Shown here: one piece after another, positions 1-30,692 of the stretch | Numbering within the stretch: position 1 is the stretch's first letter | How the letters are laid out: every line of letters starts with the position of its first letter | Assembly (NCBI GenBank): GCA_030141605.1 | Contig: JAQGDQ010000691.1 | Coordinates: forward strand, 1 to 64,000 | Direction of reading: 5' to 3' | Length of the DNA: 64,000 bases | Source of the DNA: Tubiluchus corallicola | Lineage: Eukaryota > Animalia > Priapulida | The notes under the pieces: model-generated | Database searches by the model: none | The model's input: only the letters and a program-made list of their open reading frames with translations | Told to the model about the DNA's origin: nothing | Position numbers and translations under genes: made by a program

Positions 1-1222
1 GCTGAGTGATGTCACAATAGTAGTGAGGGCTGAGTGATGTCACAATAGTAGTGAGGGCTGAGTGATGTCACAATAGTAGTGAGGGCTGAGTGATGTCACA
101 ATAGTAGTGAGGGCTGAGTGATGTCACAATAGTAGTGAGGGCTGTGTGATGTCACAATAGTAGTGAGGGTCGAGTGATGTCACAATAGTAGTGAGGGCTG
201 AGTGATGTCACAGTAGTAGTGAGGGCTGAGTGATGTCACAATAGTAGTGAGTGCTGAGTGATGTCACAATAGTAGTGAGGGCTGAGTGATGTCACAATAG
301 TAGTGAGGGCTGAGTGATGTCACAATAGTAGTGAGGGCTGAGTGATGTCACAATAGTAGTGAGGGCTGAGTGATGTCACAATAGTAGTGAGGGCCGAGTG
401 ATGTCACAATTGTAGTGAGGGCTGTGTGATGTCACAATTGTAGTGAGGGCTGAGTGATGTCACAATAGTAGTGAGGGCTGTGTGATGTCACAATAGTAGT
501 GAGGGTCGAGTGATGTCACAATAGTAGTGAGGGCTGAGTGATGTCACAGTAGTAGTGAGGGCTGAGTGATGTCACAATAGTAGTGAGGGCTGAGTGATGT
601 CACAATAGTAGTGAGGGCTGAGTGATGTCACAATAGTAGTGAGGGCTGAGTGATGTCACAATAGTAGTGAGGGCTGTGTGATGTCACAATAGTAGTGAGG
701 GTCGAGTGATGTCACAATAGTAGTGAGGGCTGAGTGATGTCACAATAGTAGTGAGGGCTGAGTGATGTCACAGTAGTAGTGAGGGCTGAGTGATGTCACA
801 ATAGTAGTGAGGGCTGAGTGATGTCACAATAGTAGTGAGGGCTGAGTGATGTCACAATAGTAGTGAGGGCTGAGTGATGTCACAATAGTAGTGAGGGCTG
901 AGTGATGTCACAATAGTAGTGAGGGCTGAGTGATGTCACAATAGTAGTGAGGGCTGAGTGATGTCACAATAGTAGTGAGTGCTGAGTGATGTCACAATAG
1001 TAGTGAGTGCTGAGTGATGTCACAATAGTAGTGAGGGCTGAGTGATGTCACAATAGTAGTGAGTGCTGAGTGATGTCACAATAGTAGTGAGGGCTGAGTG
1101 ATGTCACAATGGTAGTGAGGGCTGAGTGATGTCACAATAGCAGTGAGTGCTGAGTGATGTCACAATAGTAGTGAGTGCTGAGTGATGTCACAATAGTAGT
1201 GAGGGCTGAGTGATGTCACAAT
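1..1222. repeat. 28-bp minisatellite (gctgagtgatgtcacaatagtagtgagg), about 43 copies, truncated by window start
   Basis: Near-perfect tandem units. Confidence 0.97.
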
Positions 1223-1841
1223 GTATTGCTGATGGTTGTATCACGTTTATGCTTAAATTAAGTCTCACTTTATTTAACATTTGAATGTGAACTTTCTATC
1301 AAACTCAGTAAGCATAGCACAATATATACAGTTAAAGGCAAATCAATACTATATAGAAACCAACACAAATTAAGAAAAACATTAAAGTCTGACTTCAAAC
1401 CTTAAACTGCATTTTTCTTGCTAAAAAACTGGTAATAATTACTGTATTTTATGTGAACAGAAATATTCTGTATGTGCAACTGTAAATATCAGACTATTGT
1501 ATCAAAAATTGAGAATGCTCTTGTCAATTTTAATCACGTTTGAGTATAAAAATTACTTTAAAATTGAAAATGTAAAATTCAAATTAATGTATTTTACTTT
1601 TACCTCAGCCAGTTCAGTTTCTCAGATTAATGGATCGTCTTTAGTAATGAGGTAGATTTTGTACCTGTAACAATCATTTGCATTAAAGCAAAAGTCCCAA
1701 GTCTCTCCTGAAGTTGAGCTTATTTTAATGTTTGGGGGAGAAAGTTGGACAGTTTCAACAATTCCAATTCTGATAAGCATCTCGTGTAGTTAGTTAAAGT
1801 CTTGATTACTTTTCTCTTGTTTTTAGACGAGATGTTTTTAA

Positions 1842-2270
1842 TAGGGGTGAGCATCGAACGTTCGAGTTCGATTCGAACGAGTTTTTTTTAGTTCGAACTC
1901 GATTCGAATCCAAAACTATAGATTCGAATAATTCAGCACTTCAATCACACATGTTCCTGTTCACTAAAACGATTGAAACATCATGTAATTAGCATAATTT
2001 AGCTGTGATTTCTGCACACAACTTTAAACAAATTACTAGTCGTTTTATTGCAGAACAAAATCTAGTGATATGCATGATCTTTGTAAGACTAATTTTTCGT
2101 ATCACTATAATTCTTTGTAACACTGGTTCGAAAACTAGTTCGAAAATCTTTCAATCTCAATTCGAATTCGGTTCGAATTCAAAACAGTGAATTTCGGTTC
2201 GATTCGAATTCGAAAGTTACAAATTCGGTTCGATTCGAATTCGCTTTCTGGTAGAGAATGCTCACCCCTA
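1842..2270 (+). mobile_element. hAT-type MITE
   Basis: TIR taggggtgagcat...atgctcaccccta, perfect 8-bp TSD gtttttaa (1834-1841, 2271-2278), subterminal ttcgaa-rich repeats; family members at 30693 and 8533. Confidence 0.9.
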
Positions 2271-3311
2271 GTTTTTAAGCAAAGCATTCTATGCGCACAT
2301 TTTGTATTGTGATTTCAATATTTTTAATTGTACATTAAAATTGTACATACATTGTTTAGAGGTTGGTTCTTCCATTAAACAGGCCCTGCCATTAAGCGAT
2401 AGATTTCAGTTTGTAAATGCATTCAATTACATAATTAAACTACTGCAAAGTGTAATGATTAAGGTGCAATCAGGGCTGCATTACCCTACAGGCTGTACCC
2501 TAGGGACCCTCAAGCTTGGGGGGAGGGAGGGTGATACTTTGCATTGCTGAATAATTCCTGTAACTTAAAATAAAATTTCAGCATTAGAAAAGAAGCCCAG
2601 AAAGTTGGAAATTGGTAGGTCAGTTTTAAAGTGGGTTCCTCATTTGAGACAAAGAACTCTTGTTTGAAGCCCTTTATTTGAAATGTGGGATCTCCAGCTG
2701 TGCAAATGTTGCTAAAATTTATCGCAAGTAACAAAATATTCGAGACGAGTGTGAGCAAATTAGAGAGGACGGCTCCGTCTGAGGGAGCACCACAAATTTC
2801 ATTCGCCTAGGGGGCGCGAAGGTCACATTGTGACCGTGAATATAGCCTACTGTTAATTCACCCCACATTAACGTGTGGGTTTCTTCACATTACTGTTTGT
2901 GGTCCATGCTGTACATGCTGTACATTATATATATATATAGACGCTGGTCCATTAGGAAGCCAGCCGGTGGGACGTGCTGTACCTAGCCTAGAAGCCAGCC
3001 AGTGGGACATGCTGTACATAACCGTAGTTTAACACGAAGCTGAGAACTTCCCGTCTGTGTGTGTTTGGTGTGGCCAGCTTCTTATGCAAATAGTAGTGGC
3101 AGTATTTAGTTAACTGTTACTATGAGACGTTACTCCTTTCCATTGGCTGCATCAGCTTTTGGGCGTTGCAGATGATTTACTTGTGTTTTCCTGCGTGTTT
3201 GATTAGCTGAACCTGGTTTGTTGTTCTTTACAGAACACAGAAACTAGAGAATATAATCTCTATCCTTTCATTTTGTAGTCGTTTAGTCGTTTATTTGTAA
3301 TTAACGTTTCT

Positions 3312-4406
3312 CAGCTTGAGTTGTGATTGCTTGAGAGAATGCATTGTGACTGCTTGAGAGAATGCATTGTGATTGCTTGAGAGAATGCATTGTGTTTGCT
3401 TGAGAGAATGCATTATGAGTGCTTGAGAGAATGCATTGTGATTGCTTGAGAGAATGCATTGTGATTGCTTGAGAGAGTGCATTGTGATTGCTCGAGAGAG
3501 TGCATAGTGATTGGTTGAGAGAATGCATTATGAGTGCTTGTGAGAGTGCATTGTGATTGCTTGAGAGAATGCATTGTGATTGCTTGAGAGAGTGCATAGT
3601 GATTGGTTGAGAGAATGCATTATGAGTGCTTGTGAGAGTGCATTGTGATTGCTTGAGAGAATGCATTGTAATTGCTTGAGAGAATGCATTGTGATTGCTT
3701 GAGAGAATGCATTGTGTTTGCTTGAGAGAATGCATTGTGATTGCTTGAGAGAATGCATTGTGATTGCTTGAGAGAATGCATTGTGATTGCTTGAGAGAGT
3801 GTACTGTGAGTGCTTGAGAGAGTGCATTGTGATTGCTTGAGAGAGTGCATTGTGACTGCTTGAGAGAATGCATTGTGATTGCTTGAGAGAGTGCAATGTG
3901 ATTGCTTGAGAGAGTGCATTGTGATTGCTTGAGAGAGTGCATAGTGATTGCTTGAGAGAGCGCATTATGAGTGCTTGTGAGAGTGCATTGTGATTGCTTG
4001 AGAGAGTGCATAGTGATTGGTTGAGAGAATGCATTATGAGTGCTTGAGAGAGCGCATTATGAGTGCTTGAGAGAATGCATTGTGATTGCTTGAGAGAGTG
4101 CATAGTGATTGATTGAGAGAATGCATTATGAGTGCTTGTGAGAGTGCATTGTGATTGCTTGAGAGAATGCATTGTAATTGCTTGAGAGAGTGCATTGTGA
4201 TTGCTCGAGAGAGTGCATTGTGATTGCTTGAGAGAGTGCAATGTGGATTGCTTGAGAGAATGCATTGTGATTGCTTGAGAAAGTGCATTGTGATTGCTTG
4301 AGAGAGTGCAATGTGATTACTCGAGAGAGTGCATTGTGATTGCTTGAGAGAATGCATTGTGATTGTTTGAGAGAATGAATTGTGATTGCTTGAGAGAGTG
4401 CATTGT
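3312..4406. repeat. 23-bp minisatellite (gattgcttgagagaatgcattgt), about 47 copies
   Basis: Tandem units; explains the MHSLKQSQ ORFs. Confidence 0.95.
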
Positions 4407-4475
4407 TTTAGACAATTATAAAATACGTCAACTCAATTTTTCTAGAAAGTGCAGATCTTAATTGCTGACATACAT

Positions 4476-4645
4476 CATCATCATCATCATCATCATACGC
4501 CCGTCACGTCTATTGTAGACATTTGGCAGGCGGAATTCTAAAATAAAAGAAATCTGCCTTCAGACAGGTAAACGCAGCAGTAATCCAGCAAAAAAACTAG
4601 ACACTGCTACGCCAGTGGCTTGTCAGCACCACTTCCGTAATGTAA
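4476..4645 (-). mobile_element. 5'-truncated non-LTR retroelement (SINE/LINE 3' end) with (ATG)n tail
   Basis: 13-bp TSD tgctgacatacat (4463-4475, 4646-4658), (cat)n tail; homologous copy at about 30300-30440. Confidence 0.75.
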
Positions 4646-5216
4646 TGCTGACATACATTATTCTGCAAACTACAGATTAAGAACTGACAGATTGCTTTGC
4701 ACGAATATTTTCAATACGCAAGTGACATGCAAGTGACAACTCTTATATAAGTTAACGATGCCCTAATCAATTGCAGCTCCTGATGAATGAAATTGTAGCA
4801 TTGCGTCATTACGGCTGAAATAGCACAAGGTGAATAGCCAAATGGTTACTACGTGTGCATACGACTGAAGTAATAGTACCGAGCAAAAGAACCAGGGACC
4901 AGTGTCACAAAGCCATCACCAAAGTACATTTGCTTAGCTGTTAATAACAATGTTGCTATGTTAGTGACAGGTTTGTGAAACTGGACTCGGGTTAGGAAGT
5001 GGATAGGTGGCTATGAATTTAGATACTCATACTTGGAGATTTCATCTGTTCAAGAGGAATTATCTCGTAAAGACATGATGCATACCCATCCGAACATGAT
5101 TAAGGCACTCCTGACAGCCCAGTGTCTCATCCTACAGTTTGAGATAGATTCCAGTCTTGCCACAACCATCTACATCTACATTCTACAGTGATTTGTCTAA
5201 AAGAACTTCACTTTGA

Positions 5217-5551
5217 CAGTGATGGGCGATTTTGAAATTTTTTAATTCGATGGGCGATTTTGAAATCTTTAATTCGATTATAATCTTGTTCTTGCAATTC
5301 GATATCACGATTAATCATTTCCGGTAATTGTTTAGTGTTTTAGCCACATTTTTCAAACTTTGCAACACTGAAATGTAGCCTAGAAACTTCTTCATGGCTT
5401 TCGTCGCTGTCTGCCGTTTTTTGTAGTCGCTAACTATTTTTATAGACATGTATGAACATGTCTACTTTGCTTTGCTTTCGATTAATCTCGAGTATAGTTT
5501 GTTTACGATTAATCTCGATTACTTCGATTAATCTATTAATCGCTCATCACA
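5217..5551 (+). mobile_element. hAT-like MITE (cagtgatgggcgat termini)
   Basis: Imperfect TIR cagtgatgggcgatt...aatcgctcatcac with cgattaatc subterminal repeats; same family as 25940-27462. Confidence 0.65.
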
Positions 5552-5963
5552 ACTTCATTAGCACTTAATTTCTCTATTTAGCTACCGTGACTGTGTTAAT
5601 CTTGTTATTATTGTTCCGCTTTGCTGCTTTAACAACGCGTGCTAATAGCCATTGAAAGCCAATTTATGTTTTCCTAGATCCACTTTTTGTTCAATGTGAC
5701 CTTTCCACGCCGCGTAGTTTATTACTTATTAAAATGGGTCTTTAAATAAACTTGGAAAGCTGTTCACTTGTTCGCTTTTACTCTGTCTGTGTGCTCCAGT
5801 GTATTAAATGTTCTACTGAGTTTTATAACTTACATCCCTGTCGGTTCTCTTTGAAGCTGTACTCTTGCTAGGGCGGATTCACGTCTTTTTCGGTTTAGGG
5901 AGTCTGTCGTGTTTGTGCTTGTGTTGCCTTCTCTTCTTAGACATGCATATAGTCAGTGCAATC

Positions 5964-6451
5964 ATTAGTCTCAGGTTTAGTCAGGTTAGTCATTAGTCTC
6001 AGGTTTAGTCAGGTTAGTCGTTAGTCTCAGGTTTAGTCAGGTTAGTCGTTAGTTTCAGGTTTAGTCAGGTTAGTCATTAGTCTCAGATTTAGTCAGTGTA
6101 ATCATTAGTCTCAGGTTTAGTCAGTGTAATCATTAGTCTCAGGTTTAGTCAGGTTAGTCGTTAGTCTCAGGTTTAGTCAGTGTAATGATTAGTCTCAGGT
6201 TTAGTCAGAGTAATCATTAGTCTCAGGTTTAGTCAGGTTAGTCGTTAGTCTCAGGTTTAGTCAGTGTAATCATTAGTCTCAGGTTTAGTCAGTGTAATCA
6301 TTAGTCTCAGGTTTAGTCAGGTTAGTCGTTAGTCTCAGGTTTAGTCAGGTTAGTCGTTAGTCTCAGGTTTAGTCAGTGTAATCATTAGTCTCAGGTTTAG
6401 TCAGTGTAATCATTAGTCTCAGGTTTAGTCAGGTTAGTCGTTAGTTTCAGG
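5964..6451. repeat. about 28-bp minisatellite (ttagtctcaggtttagtcag + gttagtcg or tgtaatca)
   Basis: Two unit variants interspersed. Confidence 0.92.
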
Positions 6452-7194
6452 TAAATGTTATTAAATTATCAGAATGGTTTCAAAAAATAACGCTGGACTG
6501 CTTCCCCAGGGCAGACTGTGCTGCTCTATTTTCCTGATCTTTGTGAAAAACTTTTGAGAAAGATGCATGAGCAAACGTTGCAACGTTAACTTTTAAAATG
6601 TTAAGTTGAGATGGGTATTAGTATTGCCAGGGCGGATTCATGTCTGGGGAGTCTGCCACGTTTTGCTTCTGCCCGGTTCTTGTCTTGGATACGCGCTTTT
6701 AACCACCATCATTCCTAGTCAAGTAATTTTTTTCATTTAAATTGTCAGAGTCGTTTCAAATATCTGGGCAGACAGTTTGAAATCCAGCTTAGCACCACAC
6801 ACTGCTAGTTTGCTTTTTGTTCTTGTTATTGAACTTGGATCTGCCCCTGGCTGTCCTTCCTGATTTTTCTGGAAGCCTAGTTTGTGGAAAGACTCATTAG
6901 CAAACGCTGAAACATGTAAACTCAAAATATTAAATGGACATTGATTCTATAAGTTCTGTGAATATTTTTGCACATCCAGTAAAAAGTACACTAATTTTAC
7001 AATAGATGGCACTACAGGTGCTATAAAACAATTTTATTATAAAACTTATTAGTAAGAAGGAAAAAGCATTTGTAACCTGTTGAGTAGTTTACCCACTTTT
7101 GAAAGAAAATTGTTTGTTCAAAACCTAAAATTTTAATTTTAATTTACTGTATAAACTTAACATCAAATTTTACCCTTGCGTGTTTTGTATTTTT

Positions 7195-7412
7195 GCTTGT
7201 ATTTTTAGGCTAATATTTTTAGTTTTTAGTGCAGCCATGGCGACAGCACGGATGCATTTGTAATGTGGTGGCTGCTGTATTTGCAACAATACAAAAACCT
7301 ACATTTTTTGTATTTTTAGGTTAATATCTTTAGTTTTTAGTGCAGCCATGGTGGCAGAACGGATGCATTTGCAATGTGGTGGCTGCTGTATTTGCAACAA
7401 CCCAAAAACTTA
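7195..7412. repeat. about 111-bp tandem duplication
   Basis: tatttttagg...gtgcagccatgg...ctgctgtatttgcaacaa present twice. Confidence 0.8.
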
Positions 7413-7503
7413 CAGAATAAATAGAGGGGCTTGTAAAAATGTTGTCGTGCCATAAGTCCTGGCTTTAAATTAAAAGTATTGAGTCTCGTTCTGTTGATTT
7501 TAG

Positions 7504-25210
<17,707 letters not shown>

Positions 25211-25327
25211 GAGCAGAAAGGTAACGTCCGTTTCTTTGCCTCTTTTTGCAGAAAATGCTGAGTATGATATTCAAACTGCTTGCAGTGCAAGTGTGCATGC
25301 TGTGGAAATCTTACTAAAACATCATTT

Positions 25328-25645
25328 TTTGTTTGTTATTTCTGTCGATGTTTCGTAGATGGCAGCACTAGATGGTAGAGTTAACTTTCATTCCTTTGTT
25401 GTTTCTGTCGATGTTTCGTAGATGGCAGCACTAGATGGTAGAGTTAACTTTCATTCCTTTGTTGTTTCTGTCGATGTTTCGTAGATGGCAGCACTAGATG
25501 GCAGAGTTAACTTTCATTCCTTTGTTGTTTCTGTCGATGTTTCGTAGATGGCAACACTAGATGGTAGAGTTAACTTTCATTCCTTTGTTGTTTCTGCCGA
25601 TGTTACGTAGATGGCAGCACTAGATGGTAAGAATTAACTTTCGTT
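25328..25645 (+). repeat. 63-bp tandem repeat, 5 copies, containing CTCF-like motifs
   Basis: tttgttgtttctgtcgatgtttcgtagatggcagcactagatggtagagttaactttcattcc; mirror at about 57241-57558. Confidence 0.9.
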
Positions 25646-25939
25646 AATGTTTGTGTTGTAGAGAATGATCATGTATGCAGTTTTTGTTTGCTCAGGTTGT
25701 AAGAAAAAGAAGCTGGCATGAAGTTGCTTACGGTTTTTTGGAATGAAACTTCTGATGCATTTGCTCTCTGTGTGAAATAGAATTAACACTCTGAACTAAC
25801 ATTGCTCAACTCTCTACCAGTTCTTCTGTGATTTCCGCTCTTGTCTTAAAGTCCATATTAAGTATGGCTGACTTTTGAATGGTAGATTTTTGCCTGCAGC
25901 GTGTCGAGCTGTAATGGTGGAAGTTAAGTCATCACTCCC

Positions 25940-27462
25940 ATGTGATGGGCGATTACTAGATTAATCAAATTAATCACGATTACAACCATAAATCGCATAA
26001 ATCGATGTAATCAATGTAATTGAACAGTGATTCGATTAATCATGAGCAAAATACACGTTACACACTGACCAAAGGGCAGAATTTTAACATAAATTGATGG
26101 AATCTTTGTGATTTTTCTTCATTTTTCTCGTCTTCCACAATTGCAAACCACAGTGTTGCAAACTGGGGGCTTCAAATTCATTGACTCATGACATTTATAG
26201 TGATGTAGTCATAGAGTGCGGGATGTCCACACTGTATCTCGACACTAGGCGGAGGAGAGTCAAGTGACCCAACGGCCATGTGTAGAGGTGTAAACCTTAC
26301 AAATCAGGAGTGGAGCCCCGAAGGTGGACCAGTGCAACATGCTCGCTGACCCCGGCAGCTCCTGCAGCCAGCCTGGTGCCAAATGTATTGCTCCGCTTTC
26401 CTTAGGACTACACCAGGGAGGAAAGGGGGGGGTTCCTGTTGTCTGGGCAACTCAGGATCTCCATACACCTTGCCCAGACGTGCGCCTTGGAGACTTTCAA
26501 GGATCAGACTCTCTTGGCGCACATTCCATTGTCTTCCTCGGACTCTCTTGGCGCACATTCCATTGTCTTCCTCGGACTCTCTTGGCGCACATTCCATTGT
26601 CTTCCTCGGACTCCCTTGGCGCACATTCCATTGTCTTCCTCGGACTCCCTTGGCGCACATTCCATTGTCTTCCTCGGACTCTCTTGGCGCACATTCCATT
26701 GTCTTCCTCGGACTCCCTTGGCGCACATTCCATTGTCTTCCTCGGACTCCCTTGGCGCACATTCCATTGTCTTCCTCGGACTCCCTTGGCGCACATTCCA
26801 TTGTCTTCCTCGGACTCCCTTGGCGCACATTCCATTGTCTTCCTCGGACTCCCTTGGCGCACATTCCATTGTCTTCCTCGGACTCCCTTGGCGCACATTC
26901 CATTGTCTTCCTCGGACTCCCTTGGCGCACATTCCATTGTCTTCCTCGGACTCTCTTGGCGCACATTCCATTGTCTTCCTCGGACTCTCTTGGCGCACAT
27001 TCCATTGTCTTCCTCGGACTCCCTTGGCGCACATTCCATTGTCTTCCTCGGACTCCCTTGACGCACATTCCATTGTCTTCCTCGGACTCTCTTCGCGCAC
27101 ATTCCATTGTCTTCCTCGGACTCTCTTGGCACACATTCCATTGTCTTCCTCGGACTCTCTTGGCACACATTCCATTGTCTTCCTCGGACTCTCTTGGCGC
27201 ACATTCCATTGTCTTCCGAGACAGAAGAATGCCAAGTCATAGAGTAGTTAATGAAAAAACTGTGAGCGTCTATAAAACTAGTTTGCGAATATGAGAACAG
27301 CAAATGGTGACAAAAGCTGTGAAGTTATACGCTGATTCATTGCACTCGTTTGAGAATATTGGCTGAAATGCCAAGAAATTGCCACAAAGGGTAAATTTTT
27401 ATATTGAATTCCAAGAACAAGATTATAATCGAATTACAAAATTTCACAATCGTCCATCACTG
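25940..27462 (-). mobile_element. hAT-like MITE expanded by nested insertions
   Basis: Ends gtgatgggcgatt / aatcgtccatcactg, near-TSD tcactccc/tcacttcc, terminal homology to 5217-5551; mirror at about 55424-56946. Confidence 0.6.
26506..27217. repeat. 34-bp minisatellite, about 21 copies
   Basis: ggactctcttggcgcacattccattgtcttcctc; stop-free, giving ORFs in all six frames. Confidence 0.96.
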
Positions 27463-27477
27463 TCACTTCCACAACGA

Positions 27478-28196
27478 TAGGTCCCGTTAAAGTAGGCTAT
27501 GTGGTTGAGACTTTTATAAAACACGTTCTTACAAGTAGGTCCCATTGAAATAGGCTCTGTGGTTAAGACTTCTATAGAACACGTTCTTACAAGTAGGTCC
27601 CATTAAAGTAGGCTATGTGGTTAAGACTTTTATAGAACACGTTCTTACAAGTAGGTCCCATTAAAGTAGGCTATGTGGTTAAGACTTCTATAGAACACGT
27701 TCTTACAAGTAGGTCCCATTAAAGTAGGCTATGTGGTTAAGACTTCTATAGAACACGTTCTTACAAGTAGGTCCCATTAAAGTAGGCTATGTGGTTAAGA
27801 CTTCTATAGAACACGTTCTTACAAGTAGGTCCCATTAAAGTAGGCTATGTGGTTAAGACTTCTATAGAACACGTTCTTACAAGTAGGTCCCATTAAAGTA
27901 GGCTATGTGGTTAAGACTTCTATAGAACACGTTCTTACAAGTAGGTCCCATTAAAGTAGGCTATGTGGTTAAGACTTCTATAGAACACGTTCTTACAAGT
28001 AGGTCCCATTAAAGTAGGCTATGTGGTTAAGACTTCTATAGAACACGTTCTTACAAGTAGGTCCCATTAAAGTAGGCTATGTGGTTAAGACTTCTATAGA
28101 ACACGTTCTTACAAGTAGGTCCCATTAAAGTAGTCTATGTGGTTAAGACTTCTATAGAACACGTTCTTACAAGTATAGAACACGTTCTTACAAGTT
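27478..28196. repeat. 58-bp minisatellite, about 12 copies
   Basis: taggtcccattaaagtaggctatgtggttaagacttctatagaacacgttcttacaag. Confidence 0.96.
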
Positions 28197-28506
28197 CCGT
28201 TTACACTTTATACCATAGATCCTAGTTCCTATTGTTACTGCAATACCAAACTTAATGCTTAAGTGTCTTCATTTTAGATTAATGCAAAGCTACCGTCAAT
28301 AAAGTCTCGCTTCACTCGCTTTCAGGCTTTTTTTGTTGTTTTGCAGGCTTTCTACGCGTGTTAAGTAATTTATTTGAAGCTCCTTAGTGTTTTCCACAGC
28401 ATTGCGCACCCTGGTGCAGAAAGTTTGAACTATTTTTCTGCAGAAACGGGTGTCGGAGAAATGCTCGTTTACCTTCTGTATCTTTTGTCGTTCATCTAAA
28501 AGGACT

Positions 28507-28594
28507 GTTAAATGACCACAAGAAAATTGTTAAATGACCACAAGAAAATTGTTAAATGACCACAAGAAAATTGTTAAATGACCACTAGAAAATT
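28507..28594. repeat. 22-bp tandem repeat, 4 copies
   Basis: tgttaaatgaccacaagaaaat. Confidence 0.85.
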
Positions 28595-28605
28595 AGCAAG
28601 CAAGT

Positions 28606-28611
<6 letters not shown>

Positions 28612-28640
<29 letters not shown>

Positions 28641-28896
28641 ATATTTATTTAAAGTCGGATTTTGGGTCAACAATTAACATTAGCTCAAAGAGCTATTATC
28701 GCTGACTGTAAATAACAACCTACAACTGCATAACAGCGACTATTATTACTCCACTTTTACCCTAAATACCACGCGTCAGGCAGGGCAACAGCAGGTACCA
28801 TTTTTAAAGTCTTTGGTATGACCCGGCCGCTGGTTCGAACTCACGACCTCCCAGACGGAAAGCAGACGCATTACCGCTAGACTAAACCGTCTGGTC
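28612..28896 (-). mobile_element. tRNA-derived SINE
   Basis: Minus strand: A-box-like tagtctagcgg, B box gagttcgaacc, then ggtcataccaaagactttaaaaatggtacc (resembles a conserved animal SINE central domain, possibly Meta), (tta)n tail; short second head at about 29293-29334; mirror at about 53990-54274. Confidence 0.8.
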
Positions 28897-29875
28897 AAAT
28901 CTTTATTGCAAAATGTGACCCAAATTGCTTTGTAGCTGGCAGGTTTGGAGAAATTTGCTATTTGACCAAAAACAGTGAGTAATACCGTGAGTAAGCTCGT
29001 CAGAAAATTCTATGCCCATTTAGTAATTATTACTGATCTGTTAACTGTGCAGTTGTTCACTAATAATACCCAGTTACCAATTACTGGATTAACTGTAATT
29101 AGTTGTCAACTACAAGCGCTCTGTAATACTCACGACTCGGCATGACTGATTTAATGATAAAACCAGGTGCTTGAAATCTGTCTGGTACTTCGCACAAAGT
29201 AACACTTTCTATTTGTATGTTTTACTATTTTGCTGTGATTAACTTTTGGTAACTTACTATCCCATAATTAACCACTTCACTGCCGTCACGTGACGGAAAG
29301 CAGACGCATTACCACTAGACTAAACCGTCTGGTGAGTCTTTGAAAGCATTTTAATTTTTACAAATCACAAAGTTAGTAGATTTAGATTCAAGTAAAAATT
29401 AAGAATTTGATTCGGCTGAATTTGTTGCAGAAAATTTTACATTTTGCTTTTGTATTAAATTTGTTGTTTTTTCATTTTCAGTTTTTATTTCTCTTTTCAG
29501 ATAAGGATCCGCCTTCATTTGTATACTAAGCTAAAGTTTAGAGAAATCTCATCCGCAGCTTTGAATCTCTATCTTGAATCTCTGGTTCTTTCAATGTGTG
29601 TTCGTGTGTTCGTGGTGTTTCTATTCACACTTCATTTATTTTTTATTCAGTCTGTAATAATTTATTGTTTTTTTCAACATTCTCTATATGTAATATTAGT
29701 CTAACTATGCGTTCAATTTGAAATATTTTAATTTGAAGCTCCATGTTGAATCTCATCTTTGTTAGTCCATTACCCTGCAGTCTAAAACAGATTCTCGAGT
29801 CGTAAAATTTTTGGTGACATTCAAAGGTGGACACGATTGCTGCTTGCCAAAGATGTCCACTCTTGTCAAATATCG

Positions 29876-30289
29876 AAGCTCATAGAGCCCTGTAAGCTCA
29901 TAGAGCCCTGTAGCTCATAGAGCCCTGTAGGCTCATAGAGCCCTGTAAGCTCATAGAGCCCTGTAAGCTCATAGAGCCCTGTAAGCTCATAGAGCCCTGT
30001 AAGCTCATAGAGCCCTGTAAGCTCATAGAGCCCTGTAAGCTCATAGAGCCCTGTAAGCTCATAGAGCCCTGTAGCTCATAGAGCCCTATAAGCTCATAGA
30101 GCCCTGTAAGCTCATAGGCCCTGTAAGCTCATAGAGCCCTGTAGCTCATAGAGCCCTGTAAGCTCATAGAGCCCTGTAAGCTCATAGAGCCCTGTAAGCT
30201 CATAGAGCCGCCCTGTAAGCTCATAGAGCCCTGTAAGCTCATAGAGCCTGTAAGCTCATAGAGCCCTGTAGCTCTAGAGCCCTGTAGCT
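29876..30289. repeat. 18-bp minisatellite (aagctcatagagccctgt), about 23 copies
   Basis: Tandem units with single-base indels; mirror at about 52593-53010. Confidence 0.95.
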
Positions 30290-30299
30290 GATTGGAAGA

Positions 30300-30440
30300 G
30301 GTGCTGACAAGCCACTGGTGTAGCAGTGTCTAGTTTCTTGCTGGATTAACACCTGTGTTTACCTGTCTTGAAGGCTGATTTCTTTATTTTAGAATTCTGC
30401 CTACCCTAATGTCTGTATAATAGATACATGATGACAACAA
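30300..30440 (+). mobile_element. retroelement 3' fragment, same family as 4476-4645
   Basis: ggtgctgacaagccactggtgtagcagtgtctagttt...ttttagaattctgcc homology. Confidence 0.7.
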
Positions 30441-30692
30441 TCGTCCCCGTGGATGAAAGTAGCAAAACTGATTTTGCACATACAATTTTTGTGTCATTGT
30501 GCGGTGACCTTCGTACTTAAATTATTTTAACCGTTTTAAACTGCAGGCTTAACTAGTCATACAAAGAGATGATCTCTGTGTATATTGACTGAAGCATTTA
30601 TTGTAGTTATTCATAAGTTAACCAATGATATGAATTTGTTCACTTGTAGCCGCGTGTGATTGTAAGCAACTTTCTTTACCATTAGTGGTCGG

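Noticed and set aside
3291-4357. His/Ser/Gln-rich ORFs
   Set aside because: Translations of the 23-bp minisatellite.
26304-27303. Six overlapping 243-303 aa ORFs (and mirrors at 55583-56582)
   Set aside because: Open in all six frames because the 34-bp repeat unit lacks stop codons; not a coding signal.
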